The notes: generated by a model not told the origin, from the letters alone. A stretch of 64,000 nt of DNA from Nitrospirota bacterium (GCA_035623825.1 DASPSR010000063.1:13982-77981), one strand, 5' to 3'. Shown: positions 47,174 through 56,869, counted from the first letter of the stretch. Program-made: numbers and translations.

Positions 47174-50100
47174 TTATTTCCCTTTCACCACCGCCTCCGT
47201 TGCTCTCTCCGTGCCATCTCGCAGGAACGTGATCGAAATCCTGTCGCCGGGGCTCAGCGATTTGAGTATATCCGAAAGGCCTTTCAGGCCCTCGACCTCG
47301 CGGCCGTTGATCGCGAGGATGACATCTCCCTCCCTCATCCCCGCAGCTTCAGCCGGAGAGCCGGGCGCAACGCCCGAGAGCCTGAATCCTTTTCCCTGGT
47401 ATGCGAAATCGGGGATTGTGCCGAGGCTCACCGTGCGTTCTGTCTTTGGTGCTGTTTTTACGGCTTCCCCGTGCTTGAGCAGTGATGACAGGGGTTCTTC
47501 ACGGCCTGCAAGATACTCAACGACCTCTTTTGCCACTGACGCGACCTTGACAAGTCCGGCAGGGTCGATCTTATCCGCGGTGTCCCCTGGACGATGGTAA
47601 TCAAGGTTTGGCCCGGAAAAAAGCTGCACCGCCGGAACGCCTGCTCCCTGAAAGCTTTCCTGGTCGCTTGAATCAAGCTCCTCGGATACTAGTTCAATAT
47701 CGACACCCGTCACAAATCCTGCGCCCCGGAAGATATGTACCCACTCTGCTGCAGAGCCGCCGCCAAGGACGAGCAGTTTCTTTTTCCCGAGCCTGCCCAC
47801 GGTATCAAGATTCACCATGGCCATGCACTTCGAGACCGGGAAACTCTTTTCGTGCATCACATAATGATGAGACCCGAGCTTTCCTTCCTCCTCCCCGGTG
47901 AAAGCGACGAAGACGATACTCCGATCCGGAAGCAGACTTTCCTTGAGGACCCTTGCCAGCTCCAGAAGCACTGCCACACCACTGGCATTGTCGTCTGCGC
48001 CGGGATGAATCGCTCCTCTGTCTTCTGATCTTCCGATGGACATGCCGAATCCCAGATGGTCATAGTGCGCTCCAATGACAACGCTCTCATGTGCAGAAGC
48101 GGGTTTCTTCCCCGGGATGACGGCGATGACGTTCTTCATGATTGCTTTGCCGTCCGGATCATGCCATTGCTGATAATAACTTCCATGATCACCGCCGGGG
48201 ACGAGCCCAGCCTGCTTGAACTTTTCAGCGAGGTAATCGGCTGCCTTGTCGATCTCAGGAGTGCCGATCTCTCTGCCTTTGAGTTCATTGCTGGAGAGAA
48301 ACCTCACCGCCTCCATCATTCGCTCCGATGAGAAGTCGGAAGGGAGGGTCGCAAGCGGCTCTCGCGCTATGAGTCTGCCCATCTCAACGTGTTCGACACC
48401 TCCTCCCGTTCCCGGGAGGAATGCCGTCATGGGGGAATTGACGACCTGCCATCTTCCCTTGGCAATGTTCACAGGCTCATCCCCCTCGAAAGCAAGATAA
48501 CTGTACTTGTGATAATGCGGGAGCTTCCTTCCCAGCCCGGGGAGGGGATCTCGTCGATCAGCAGCGATGAACATCAATGCCGTGTCCCTGTTCTCGGGGC
48601 TACGAGCCGTTAGCACAAGGGCATGATTCCCTTTTTCGATCACGGTTTTGCCGATCCTGGTGCGCGTTCCCGTGAACTTTACGTCATATCCGTTCCAGGC
48701 GGCTATTGTCTTTTCGAAAAACCGGTTCTCCCATCCAAGGACCGTCACGGTTCGGTCCGCGGGAAGTTCCTTGACCTCGCTGTCGAGCTTCACGGTCACT
48801 TCGTCAGGACCCGATTCGGCGAGCGTCTTCGCAAATGTTTCGTACGCCTTGAGCATCTCTTTTCCTGCCGATGACGGAAGGAGAACGAGCATTTTTTTCG
48901 AGCCTAGGGCCAGAGAGATCGCAGGCGGTATTTCCTCGCGATCAAGCCTGCGGAAGACATCGAACTCAGGATCGATATCGAGCCGCAAGGGCCGGTATGG
49001 CACGGCGAGCGAAAGGTCGAGTTTTTTCCCATTCATGTCCACAACGGTCTGGTAGGCGCGCTCTTGCCCTTCCATGGTCACGGCAACGGGGATGCGGAGC
49101 AGGTAGGCGTCCTCGGGCTGGACCTGTTCAAGATGAGCGGTGACGGTATAGCCGTTGCCGCGCTTTGCCGTCCTCGAGTCGCTCAGCTGGAGCTTCGGTG
49201 CGCCGGTTTTCGTTATCCACTGGTCAAATTCGGCTTTGAGGTCCTTCCTGGAGACGGCCTCAAAGCTTTTTTCAAGATCAAGGAAGGAGGCGAAGCGGAA
49301 TTTATTTTTCTGATAAAAATCGCGAATCGCATGGATGAAGGTTTTGTCGCCAAGATCGAGCCGGATCATGTGGAAGAACATGAGCGCTTTGCCGTAACCC
49401 ACCGCCTCCGTCGCCGGACTATGCCGCGAGGTGAACCGGGTGAGGGGAAAGTCCCTGCCGCCGAGGACATAATCGGCATATTTCTGGAGCGTGGTCAACC
49501 GATACTCCGCTCCCTCGCCCTGCTGCTCCTTCATCATGTGGTCGGCGAGATAGGCAGTGATCCCTTCGGACCAGTTACCTTTCTCGTAGACCGGGAACAC
49601 GCTGTTGCCCCACCAGTTGTGCAGGATCTCGTGAGGGTAGGACGTATTGATGATGAAGGGCAGCCGGATAATCGTGGGGCCGAGGAGCGTGAACGAAGGC
49701 ATGCCCAGGCCCGTTTCCCAGAAGTTTTCGACGAGGGCGAATTTCTTGTACGGGTAGGGGCCGATGAGCGCGTCGTACATGGTGATGTACCGCACCGTGG
49801 CGTCGAGATACTTATTCGCCAGACCTTCATCCGGCGTGCGGAGGAAGGCCATGGCTGTGAGATTGCCCGAGACCTTCGCGTATTCAGTAAAGCGGTATGC
49901 GATAAGGTGGATCTCTTCCACGGGCTCTGGAGAATCCCACCGGACGATAGCCGGCTCCTTTTTCTTTTCATGGGCCATCCGGCTGCCTTCGCTCACTGCG
50001 TCCCAGCCGGCTGGGAGCTCTATGTCGAGCATGAAGGTCACGAGTTTTGTTTCGATTAGGGGATACCAGGCAGAGCTGCCCGAGAGATACACCCCCTCTT

Positions 50101-50539
50101 TGGATATCAGGCCAGGCGTATCCTGGAACCCGCGGGCCTGCTCCTTCATGGTCGATTCAAAGGGATGGTTAATTTTCCCCGCATAACGGATCGTGAATGA
50201 CTTCAGACCTGCTGGAAGCGTCACGATGAATGATTCCAGGGGTACCAGGCCCCGTTCATCTCCTTCTTTCGCTATCCGTACGTGCGGATCGGGCGAAGTA
50301 GGGTTCAGTCCCGCGTGAAGCACGAACCGCAGGTCACGCTGGTCGCCAGCAAGGGTGATGGTGTCCTCGGCGGCTATACGGCGGTCTTCAGGGTAGAGGG
50401 TGACCTTGAGGGCATGATGGGTGAGCTCGGACGCGTAAAGGGCGGAAGAGCTCGCGGCTATGAAGGCACAGCATAGGATCATGAGTAAAAGCACCGACCG
50501 ACCGATAAAAATCTTTTTATTGAGGGCACAAGATTTCAT
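47174..50539 (-). CDS. exported M1 plus M28 metallopeptidase with C-terminal PDZ
   Basis: HEILHNWWGN...WSEG; GAHYDH, GADDNASG, GEEEG, DYH; LGTIPD PDZ. Confidence 0.88.
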   Translation of the reverse strand: MKSCALNKKIFIGRSVLLLMILCCAFIAASSSALYASELTHHALKVTLYPEDRRIAAEDTITLAGDQRDLRFVLHAGLNPTSPDPHVRIAKEGDERGLVPLESFIVTLPAGLKSFTIRYAGKINHPFESTMKEQARGFQDTPGLISKEGVYLSGSSAWYPLIETKLVTFMLDIELPAGWDAVSEGSRMAHEKKKEPAIVRWDSPEPVEEIHLIAYRFTEYAKVSGNLTAMAFLRTPDEGLANKYLDATVRYITMYDALIGPYPYKKFALVENFWETGLGMPSFTLLGPTIIRLPFIINTSYPHEILHNWWGNSVFPVYEKGNWSEGITAYLADHMMKEQQGEGAEYRLTTLQKYADYVLGGRDFPLTRFTSRHSPATEAVGYGKALMFFHMIRLDLGDKTFIHAIRDFYQKNKFRFASFLDLEKSFEAVSRKDLKAEFDQWITKTGAPKLQLSDSRTAKRGNGYTVTAHLEQVQPEDAYLLRIPVAVTMEGQERAYQTVVDMNGKKLDLSLAVPYRPLRLDIDPEFDVFRRLDREEIPPAISLALGSKKMLVLLPSSAGKEMLKAYETFAKTLAESGPDEVTVKLDSEVKELPADRTVTVLGWENRFFEKTIAAWNGYDVKFTGTRTRIGKTVIEKGNHALVLTARSPENRDTALMFIAADRRDPLPGLGRKLPHYHKYSYLAFEGDEPVNIAKGRWQVVNSPMTAFLPGTGGGVEHVEMGRLIAREPLATLPSDFSSERMMEAVRFLSSNELKGREIGTPEIDKAADYLAEKFKQAGLVPGGDHGSYYQQWHDPDGKAIMKNVIAVIPGKKPASAHESVVIGAHYDHLGFGMSIGRSEDRGAIHPGADDNASGVAVLLELARVLKESLLPDRSIVFVAFTGEEEGKLGSHHYVMHEKSFPVSKCMAMVNLDTVGRLGKKKLLVLGGGSAAEWVHIFRGAGFVTGVDIELVSEELDSSDQESFQGAGVPAVQLFSGPNLDYHRPGDTADKIDPAGLVKVASVAKEVVEYLAGREEPLSSLLKHGEAVKTAPKTERTVSLGTIPDFAYQGKGFRLSGVAPGSPAEAAGMREGDVILAINGREVEGLKGLSDILKSLSPGDRISITFLRDGTERATEAVVKGK

Positions 50540-50586
50540 CAAAACACCTCCGAGGGAGCCCCCCGCCCTTTAAGGCCGGAGAGACG

Positions 50587-51654
50587 TCAATCCACCCATT
50601 CGGCGATGAAAATATCGGTCTCATGCGGCTTTTTGGGATTTCTGTTCGAGGACCAGACCAGTTTCCTCCCGTCAGGCGAGAACATCGGAAAACTGTCGAA
50701 CACGTCATTGTACGTAATGCGTTCCAGACCCGTGCCGTCGATATTGATGAGGTATAGTTCGAAATTATGGCCGTACTGCTTTATGTCGTCGTGCCAGTCG
50801 TCCATGTTGCTCGCAAAGATAAGCCGTTTCCCGTCCGGATGCCAGGAAGGCGCGAAGTTGGTTGCCCCATTATGCAGGATCATGCTCTTGTTCGATCCAT
50901 CAGCGTCCATGACCCAGAGGTCCAGGGGCACAGCCACGATATAGTTCTTCTCCATGCAGTCACGCCACATGGCCTTTTCCGCGTCCGTCTCGGGATACCA
51001 AGCACGCCAAGCGATCTTCTTCCCGTCAGGAGAGAACCATGGCCCTCCGTTGTACCCTATACGGTCCGTGAGCCGCCGCACATGCGTGCCGTCGGCGTCC
51101 ATGATGTAGACATCGAAGTTGCCTTCGCGCTGGGAGCCGAATACGATCTGTTTCCCGTCCGGGGAGACGATCGGTTCAGCATCATACTTTGGATTATCGG
51201 TCAGCCTTTTTTGGTGCGCGCCATCTGCGTCAGCCGCGTAGATGTTATAAGGATACAGGGGCCAGACATAACGCGCTCCTTTCGGCGTTTCGGGTCTCGG
51301 CGGACAGGCTCCTGGAATTCGGCTGGTCGAGGCAAAAACGATATGACCGTCGGGGAAGAAAAATGAGCAGGTGTGGGCTCCATGGTCCGGGCTGACCAAG
51401 CGCACGTCCTTCCCGTCGATGCTCATGGTCCATATCTTGTCGCAGGCGTATCCGCCGCGGCTCGACTGGAAGATGATTCTTTTCCCGTCCCAGGAGAAAT
51501 ATGCTTCTCCGTTATCTGCCTCGAAGGTGAGCTGAGTCACGTTCCTCAGGTGCCGCTCGATTGTGCTGCCGGTCACCGATTTATCATGCGGCTTTATCGC
51601 CTGACATGATGAGAGAACAAGCAGTGCAAAAAAGAAAGAAACGGTTTTTTTCAT
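50587..51654 (-). CDS. TolB-like PD40 beta-propeller lipoprotein
   Basis: Lipobox VLSSC; repeated FSPDGK/WHPDGK motifs. Confidence 0.88.
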   Translation of the reverse strand: MKKTVSFFFALLVLSSCQAIKPHDKSVTGSTIERHLRNVTQLTFEADNGEAYFSWDGKRIIFQSSRGGYACDKIWTMSIDGKDVRLVSPDHGAHTCSFFFPDGHIVFASTSRIPGACPPRPETPKGARYVWPLYPYNIYAADADGAHQKRLTDNPKYDAEPIVSPDGKQIVFGSQREGNFDVYIMDADGTHVRRLTDRIGYNGGPWFSPDGKKIAWRAWYPETDAEKAMWRDCMEKNYIVAVPLDLWVMDADGSNKSMILHNGATNFAPSWHPDGKRLIFASNMDDWHDDIKQYGHNFELYLINIDGTGLERITYNDVFDSFPMFSPDGRKLVWSSNRNPKKPHETDIFIAEWVD

Positions 51655-51830
51655 TGCGGTGAAGTCTCCTCGAGCAGAGGTGCACACAGTGGCAAAGCAG
51701 GACGCCGCGTGACAAGGCAAGAAATGGCAATGATCGCCGCGATCAACCAGTGATAACTGGTCGAATCGATTTGATGGCGCCCGTATTGCCGATACCAGGG
51801 GATCTGATCATGCCAGGATCACCGTCCGAT

Positions 51831-52010
51831 CTATTCGATGGCAATGGCGCGGAACGGACAGCATCCGATAATCCCTTTGCTTAGTTTCATGTCGAACTGC
51901 TCATGGTTAATGAACCATGCCTTGTCATCCCGGATCTCGAAGAACTGAGGGTAGAGTTGTGCGCAGGCCCCGCAGCCCACACACAAGCTGTAATCGATCG
52001 TTGGCAGCAT
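51831..52010 (-). CDS. 59-aa single-cluster ferredoxin (missing from the ORF track)
   Basis: MLPTIDYSLCVGCGACAQLYP...GCCPFRAIAIE; RBS AAGGAG. Confidence 0.8.
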   Translation of the reverse strand: MLPTIDYSLCVGCGACAQLYPQFFEIRDDKAWFINHEQFDMKLSKGIIGCCPFRAIAIE

Positions 52011-52280
52011 AGTCGGCTTATTTTCTCCTTTGTGCGTGATTTATTATAACAAAGTATGGTCCGGCCGGCAACAGGAAGAGGTCGGTGATTTCAGGCTCCC
52101 GGGGAAGTGATCAACAGGGAGAAGGAACGACGCTCCGGATGCCAATTCATGGTCAACAGTAAGGAGCGAACAGAACTGCTGAAGGTTTTTTCATTTAAAC
52201 AATCTGCCGTCGGCGGCAAAGTCTGCATAGCGACTTTTATCGGAGCTCCGTGCGGGTCGACGGGAATCATTCGTACCGTT

Positions 52281-52502
52281 TCATTTCTTCGAGATCTTAA
52301 CCTTCCAGAATGCCGGACCCTGCTCGAGATATTCCCATTCGAAAAGACCTTCACGCTCATGCAAAAACTGATAGTAAAGCGGTTTCGGATCGTGGTCGTT
52401 GATCAGAACGAAGGCCTCTCCGCTCCGCAGATCTTCAAAGGTCTTGAATATGAGCGAGTGCCGCTCCCTGGGGATGATCGTTGTGACATTCAGCTCTTTC
52501 AT
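52281..52502 (-). CDS. DUF2249 protein
   Basis: PRERHSLIF, LINDHDPKPL, EQGP; RBS GGAGG. Confidence 0.88.
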   Translation of the reverse strand: MKELNVTTIIPRERHSLIFKTFEDLRSGEAFVLINDHDPKPLYYQFLHEREGLFEWEYLEQGPAFWKVKISKK

Positions 52503-52586
52503 CGTGGCCTCCCTAACATGGTTTTTGTTCGCTCGGGGAATATTATGATCTTATCGCAAATATTATTATGGTAGGGTAATGACTGC

Positions 52587-52602
52587 TATGATCTGCATCA
52601 TA
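52587..52602. promoter_or_regulatory. Crp/Fnr-family-like palindrome
   Basis: TATGAT-CTGC-ATCATA about 85-100 nt upstream of the DUF2249 start. Confidence 0.55.
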
Positions 52603-52980
52603 ACCTGATTACTGTTTTTTAAAAATATAAAACTATTGTTCTATTATTTTTCTGGCATATACATTGCTTATACTTAAGTAGTGGGTTAACATATGAATAT
52701 GCACGAAGAATATATAAAGGCCATCATTGCTGCTGGAATCCCGGTTCCGTATGACTTTGCCAGCCCAGACGATGATTACTTTTTTACTTATATTATCAGT
52801 ATGTTATACGACTCTGTTACATAATAAAGGACATTATGCGTTTAAGCGCATAGGGTGTGGATAAAAAGTAAGCTGGACATGAGTTCATTTAAGCGGGTGG
52901 TATTTCGGGGGGGAACACTTAAGAAATTTTAACGGCATCTGGTTATTTCACCAGATATCAGGCTAAAGAAAAGGTAGGTG

Positions 52981-53325
52981 ACCCTGGGCTTTGGGGCAGA
53001 GGCAATATTAATAAAGATGTCCGGTATGCGAGATGCGGTGTGCAAGCCCCCACAGTATCAGAGGGGGAAGCCTGAAGCGTCTGCCAAGGGCACAAGATTA
53101 ATTCCGGCCTTGTGTAACTCAAGACCCAGGGTACATCTTATGAAGCAGGTTTTCGTCTGACCGTGGTAATGCCCACGATCTGCCGCTCGACTGATACGCG
53201 GCTCATCGAAGAAGCTTGAAGGAGACCGCAGGCCACCTTCATTCACAGAGGCCCTTATAAAAGGGCCCACACAGCTTGATACGCTGTGCTTAAGACCCCC
53301 CGCCCTTCAGGGCGGGGGTGAGTCT
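52981..53325. ncRNA. candidate structured RNA or non-autonomous IS200/IS605-like element
   Basis: Multi-branched stem plus six consecutive hairpins ending in CCCCCGCCC-TTCA-GGGCGGGGG; no credible ORF. Confidence 0.45.
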
Positions 53326-53510
53326 CCCTTCGGAAGCAGTCATCCCCGCACGCTCCGTGGTTATAACATCCCCTCCAAACATTTCGTCACATTAGCAGAA
53401 GAGAAACCCATTTCGAGCGGGACAACCCGATTCCCTTCGTGTTTTGGACCGGTCCGTCGGTGAACATAAAATAATACGAATGCTTCTGCTAGTGGAGCAG
53501 CAGCATTACT

Positions 53511-55526
53511 CTATTTCAGTATCTGAAACAGATTATTATAGTCATCGGTCCATACGCGGAGTTCCTTCCTGAAGGGAAGTCGCGCGCCTACTCGCTCTAT
53601 TGTCGAAGAAGCGATCGGTTTTGTCGAGACAAGCGCCCATACGGCCCTGTAGATCTTGTGTTCATCGTCACTGTCATTCGTGATCAGAACCGCATACTTT
53701 CCCATTGCGCGGCGCAAGGTTTCTAAGACCGGCGCGAGGTCCAGGTGCTTGTTGGTAATGTGGAGCGCAAGGATGCCGTCGGGCTTGAGATGGCGTAAGT
53801 AGAGCTCCAGCGCCTGCAGTGTGAACAGATGCACGGGAATGGAGTCTCCTGAGAAGGCGTCAACCACGAACAGATCGAAATGCTGTTTTGGTTCCTGCTC
53901 AAGCGAAAGCCGGCCATCACCCAGTACGATCTGCGCGACCCCGCGACAATTCGCGAGATAGGTGAATTCACTGTACGCCAGCCTTTCCACAAGCGGATTG
54001 ATCTCATAAAAGCGGAAGACATCGCCGGGCTGTGCGTAGGCGGCCAATGAGCCTGCGCCGAGGCCGATTATCCCCACGCGAAGAGAAGAGTGCCTCAGGG
54101 ACTTAAAGGCAAGGCCAACGCCTGACTTACGGCCATAATAGGTGATGGGCAATCCCTGGCGCTTTGGCTCCGTGAACTGCACCCCATGGTCGACTGTCCC
54201 GTGGACGAGCATCCTGGTCTCGTCCTCTGTGCCTGCATCATATTCATTGACCCGCAGGCCTCCGTAAAAGTTCCGCAGCATCACCCGGGCCGATTGCGCA
54301 TAAGAAGAAATGTAATGCCCGGCCGACCAGACGACGTATATGGCCACGGCAAGACTGACGGCGACCCGCCATGTCCGGTAGTCGATCACAGAGAGCATCA
54401 GGATCGCGCAGGCCATGATCGCGATGGGGAGATCGAAGTATCCCGGCAGAGCGTTCGGTGCAACCAGACCCACAAGCACGCCTCCGATTGCGCCTCCGAT
54501 GGCGAGCATGAGGTAGAACGAAGTCAGGTGCCTGGGTGCGGGTTTACGCATCATGAGCTCGCCGTGGCAGAACATGCAGCAGATGAACAAACCGGCTGAG
54601 AAGGCGGGGATGACGAGCCTGAGATTTGTTTGGGAGTTCCAGTGATTGAGTCCGTAGGCCATGCCGCCGAGGGCCAGAACCATGAGCCAGGTGAATGCCT
54701 TTCGATGATAGAGCCGCTCATAATCAAAGCAGAGGACGAACGTCAGCAGATACAGGCTCAGCGGCACCACCCAGAGAAAGGGGATCGACGCCACGTTCTG
54801 GGTCAGGTGATTGGTCACCGAAAGAAGAAGTGTGGAACTGCAGGCAGCGAGGACCAGCCAGAGGATCTGCTCGCGCACCCGGGGAGGCCGGCAGCTTGCA
54901 GCATCCTGCGATGTTTCTTCGTTCTTTATGCAGGAGTCGATCACAGGACCTCGACAGCTCATGAACGCTGCGACAGCAGCGAGAACGACAAAGGCCGCAT
55001 AGGATGCGGACCAGCACAGCGATTGCTGGCGGAGCGTGGCGTTCGGCTCCACGAGAACGGGATAAGCCAGTAGCCCGAGGAGCGAGGCGAGGTTCGACAG
55101 CCCGAAGAGGCGGTACGGCAGCGACGATCTATGAATTCGAGCGTGCCATGTCTGGATGAGAGGACTCGTGGTCGAGAGCAGGAAGAACGGAAGGCCCACG
55201 GAAACAGTCAGGAGGCCGAGGATGCGCAGGATCGGATCATCTCCTCCGGAGGGTTTCCACGAAAGTGCGGGCGTTATCGGCAGCAGCAGGAGGCTCGTTC
55301 CGAGCAGGAGCGTATGCACCACGGCCTGCGTTTTTGGCTTAAGGGAGCGAATGGACCAGTGGGCATACAGGTACCCGCCGAGCAGTGCCGTCTGGAAAAA
55401 GAGCATCGCTGTGATCCAGACTGCGGCCGATCCTCCGAACCACGGAAGTATCATCTTTGCGATCATCGGCTGGACCTGGAAGAGCAGAAAGGCGCTTAGA
55501 CATATGATCGATGAGTGGAGGACCAT
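53511..55526 (-). CDS. membrane-fused spermidine-synthase-like methyltransferase
   Basis: About 12 TM N-terminal region; IGLGAG, YEINP, GDGR, DAFSGDSIPVHL, WTDD. Confidence 0.88.
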   Translation of the reverse strand: MVLHSSIICLSAFLLFQVQPMIAKMILPWFGGSAAVWITAMLFFQTALLGGYLYAHWSIRSLKPKTQAVVHTLLLGTSLLLLPITPALSWKPSGGDDPILRILGLLTVSVGLPFFLLSTTSPLIQTWHARIHRSSLPYRLFGLSNLASLLGLLAYPVLVEPNATLRQQSLCWSASYAAFVVLAAVAAFMSCRGPVIDSCIKNEETSQDAASCRPPRVREQILWLVLAACSSTLLLSVTNHLTQNVASIPFLWVVPLSLYLLTFVLCFDYERLYHRKAFTWLMVLALGGMAYGLNHWNSQTNLRLVIPAFSAGLFICCMFCHGELMMRKPAPRHLTSFYLMLAIGGAIGGVLVGLVAPNALPGYFDLPIAIMACAILMLSVIDYRTWRVAVSLAVAIYVVWSAGHYISSYAQSARVMLRNFYGGLRVNEYDAGTEDETRMLVHGTVDHGVQFTEPKRQGLPITYYGRKSGVGLAFKSLRHSSLRVGIIGLGAGSLAAYAQPGDVFRFYEINPLVERLAYSEFTYLANCRGVAQIVLGDGRLSLEQEPKQHFDLFVVDAFSGDSIPVHLFTLQALELYLRHLKPDGILALHITNKHLDLAPVLETLRRAMGKYAVLITNDSDDEHKIYRAVWALVSTKPIASSTIERVGARLPFRKELRVWTDDYNNLFQILK

Positions 55527-55639
55527 AACGAGGCGGGATTATAGCATACTGCGAAGGAAGAGTCTCAAAAAAAGAATGGTTCCCGGTGCGCCGAATTTCA
55601 TGATGAGGAGACTTCAACGCATGCACGATGTGCGGGCAA

Positions 55640-56215
55640 TCATTCGGTTGCGCCGATGATCTGCTTTGCGCTAAGATATTCCCTGCTCTGCGAGTACTCA
55701 AGGAACATCCTCACAAGATCGAGCACATTCCTGTAAAGGAGGAAATTTTTCGAGAGCTCCCGGAAGAGCTCTTTCCCTGTAAATTCCGAAGCCAGGCCAT
55801 AAGACCGCTGCCCCTGGAGCATATAGTGATCGGAGAGGCTGGAGTCAGGGATGACGAGCCTGCCGAGAATGAACTCCTTGCCTTTTCTCCCGATAAGCGC
55901 GGAGGGGAACATGCCGAGCATGAAGAGCGTGTAGTCTCCGATATGCTTATGGACCTGAAATTCCCGTGGGAAGCTCTGCGCATTGAGCCGCACGTCGCCT
56001 TCAGAGAGCATATCGGCGATATCCTCGAGGCTCTTGCCTCCGGCGTCCCTGATCTTGTAAAGGCTGTCCGTATGGATGAATTCGCAGAGAATCTGTTCCT
56101 CAATATAATCGTTGATGTTGGGCTTTTCCGGCGGGTTCATCCGGAATCCGAAATCAAGAGCCCTGCGGAACAGCTTTCGCAGGGGATGGCTGGCATGAAT
56201 CTGCGTCCTTTTCAT
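55640..56215 (-). CDS. hypothetical protein
   Basis: Protein-like composition (HKHIGDYTLFMLGMFP); preferred over the antisense ORF. Confidence 0.7.
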   Translation of the reverse strand: MKRTQIHASHPLRKLFRRALDFGFRMNPPEKPNINDYIEEQILCEFIHTDSLYKIRDAGGKSLEDIADMLSEGDVRLNAQSFPREFQVHKHIGDYTLFMLGMFPSALIGRKGKEFILGRLVIPDSSLSDHYMLQGQRSYGLASEFTGKELFRELSKNFLLYRNVLDLVRMFLEYSQSREYLSAKQIIGATE

Positions 56216-56566
56216 TATGGTCGGGACCCCCGAAACGAAAACGTGTCACCACACTAAGACATCATAATACCCCGAAGGGGGCAGAGGAGTCAATCGCAGG
56301 CTGTGCAGTCAATATCTCGAGCGCGTTGTATGCGAACAAGCAGAGCGAGAATCGAGCATCGAAAATCCATGCGACTTTTCTCTCGGGGTAAGGGACAGGG
56401 TCATCTGCGATGATCTCTTAAAGAGGGGTTTTGTGCGGATGTGATGCTTTCGCTCCTGGCTTTTTGTGATGAGAAAGGGATCTACAGATCGGCTGCTCCG
56501 GGCAAAAAAAAGCGGAGGCCTACCTTTTCGGTAAATGCGCCCCCGCAACTGGCATCGTCCATACTG

Positions 56567-56869
56567 CTATGCTGCATGACGATGCCTATCCCGCTCCTTC
56601 AGAAATGCTTCCTTGCCTGCATCAATAGCGCCTATGACGGCATCCTTGCCTTCCTCGTACAATGTTTTGCCCTTGTCAAATGTTGTGGAAAGCGTATCTT
56701 TCGTCTGTGATGCGAAATCCTTGATATCCTTCCTCATCTCTTTGCCGGATTTCGGCGCCAACAGGAGGCCGATTACGGCCCCAACTACACCACCCACCAG
56801 GAACGGGAATAATATTGATCTTTCATGCTTTATAATCACTTCTTTTTCAACTCCTTCTTTCATCATCAT
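56567..56869 (-). CDS. YtxH-domain protein
   Basis: GGVVGAVIGLLLAPKSGKEMR. Confidence 0.88.
   Translation of the reverse strand: MMMKEGVEKEVIIKHERSILFPFLVGGVVGAVIGLLLAPKSGKEMRKDIKDFASQTKDTLSTTFDKGKTLYEEGKDAVIGAIDAGKEAFLKERDRHRHAA

Noticed and set aside
52981-53325. 6S RNA, tmRNA, RNase P, hammerhead, group I/II intron or cobalamin riboswitch
   Set aside because: The diagnostic conserved sequences of each were not found by eye; only fragmentary resemblance
53325-53345. Putative guide matching 49561-49570 (TCCCTTCGGA)
   Set aside because: A 10-nt match is compatible with chance in 64 kb
55628-56257. Plus-strand 209-aa ORF
   Set aside because: Fully antisense to the more protein-like 55640-56215 minus-strand ORF
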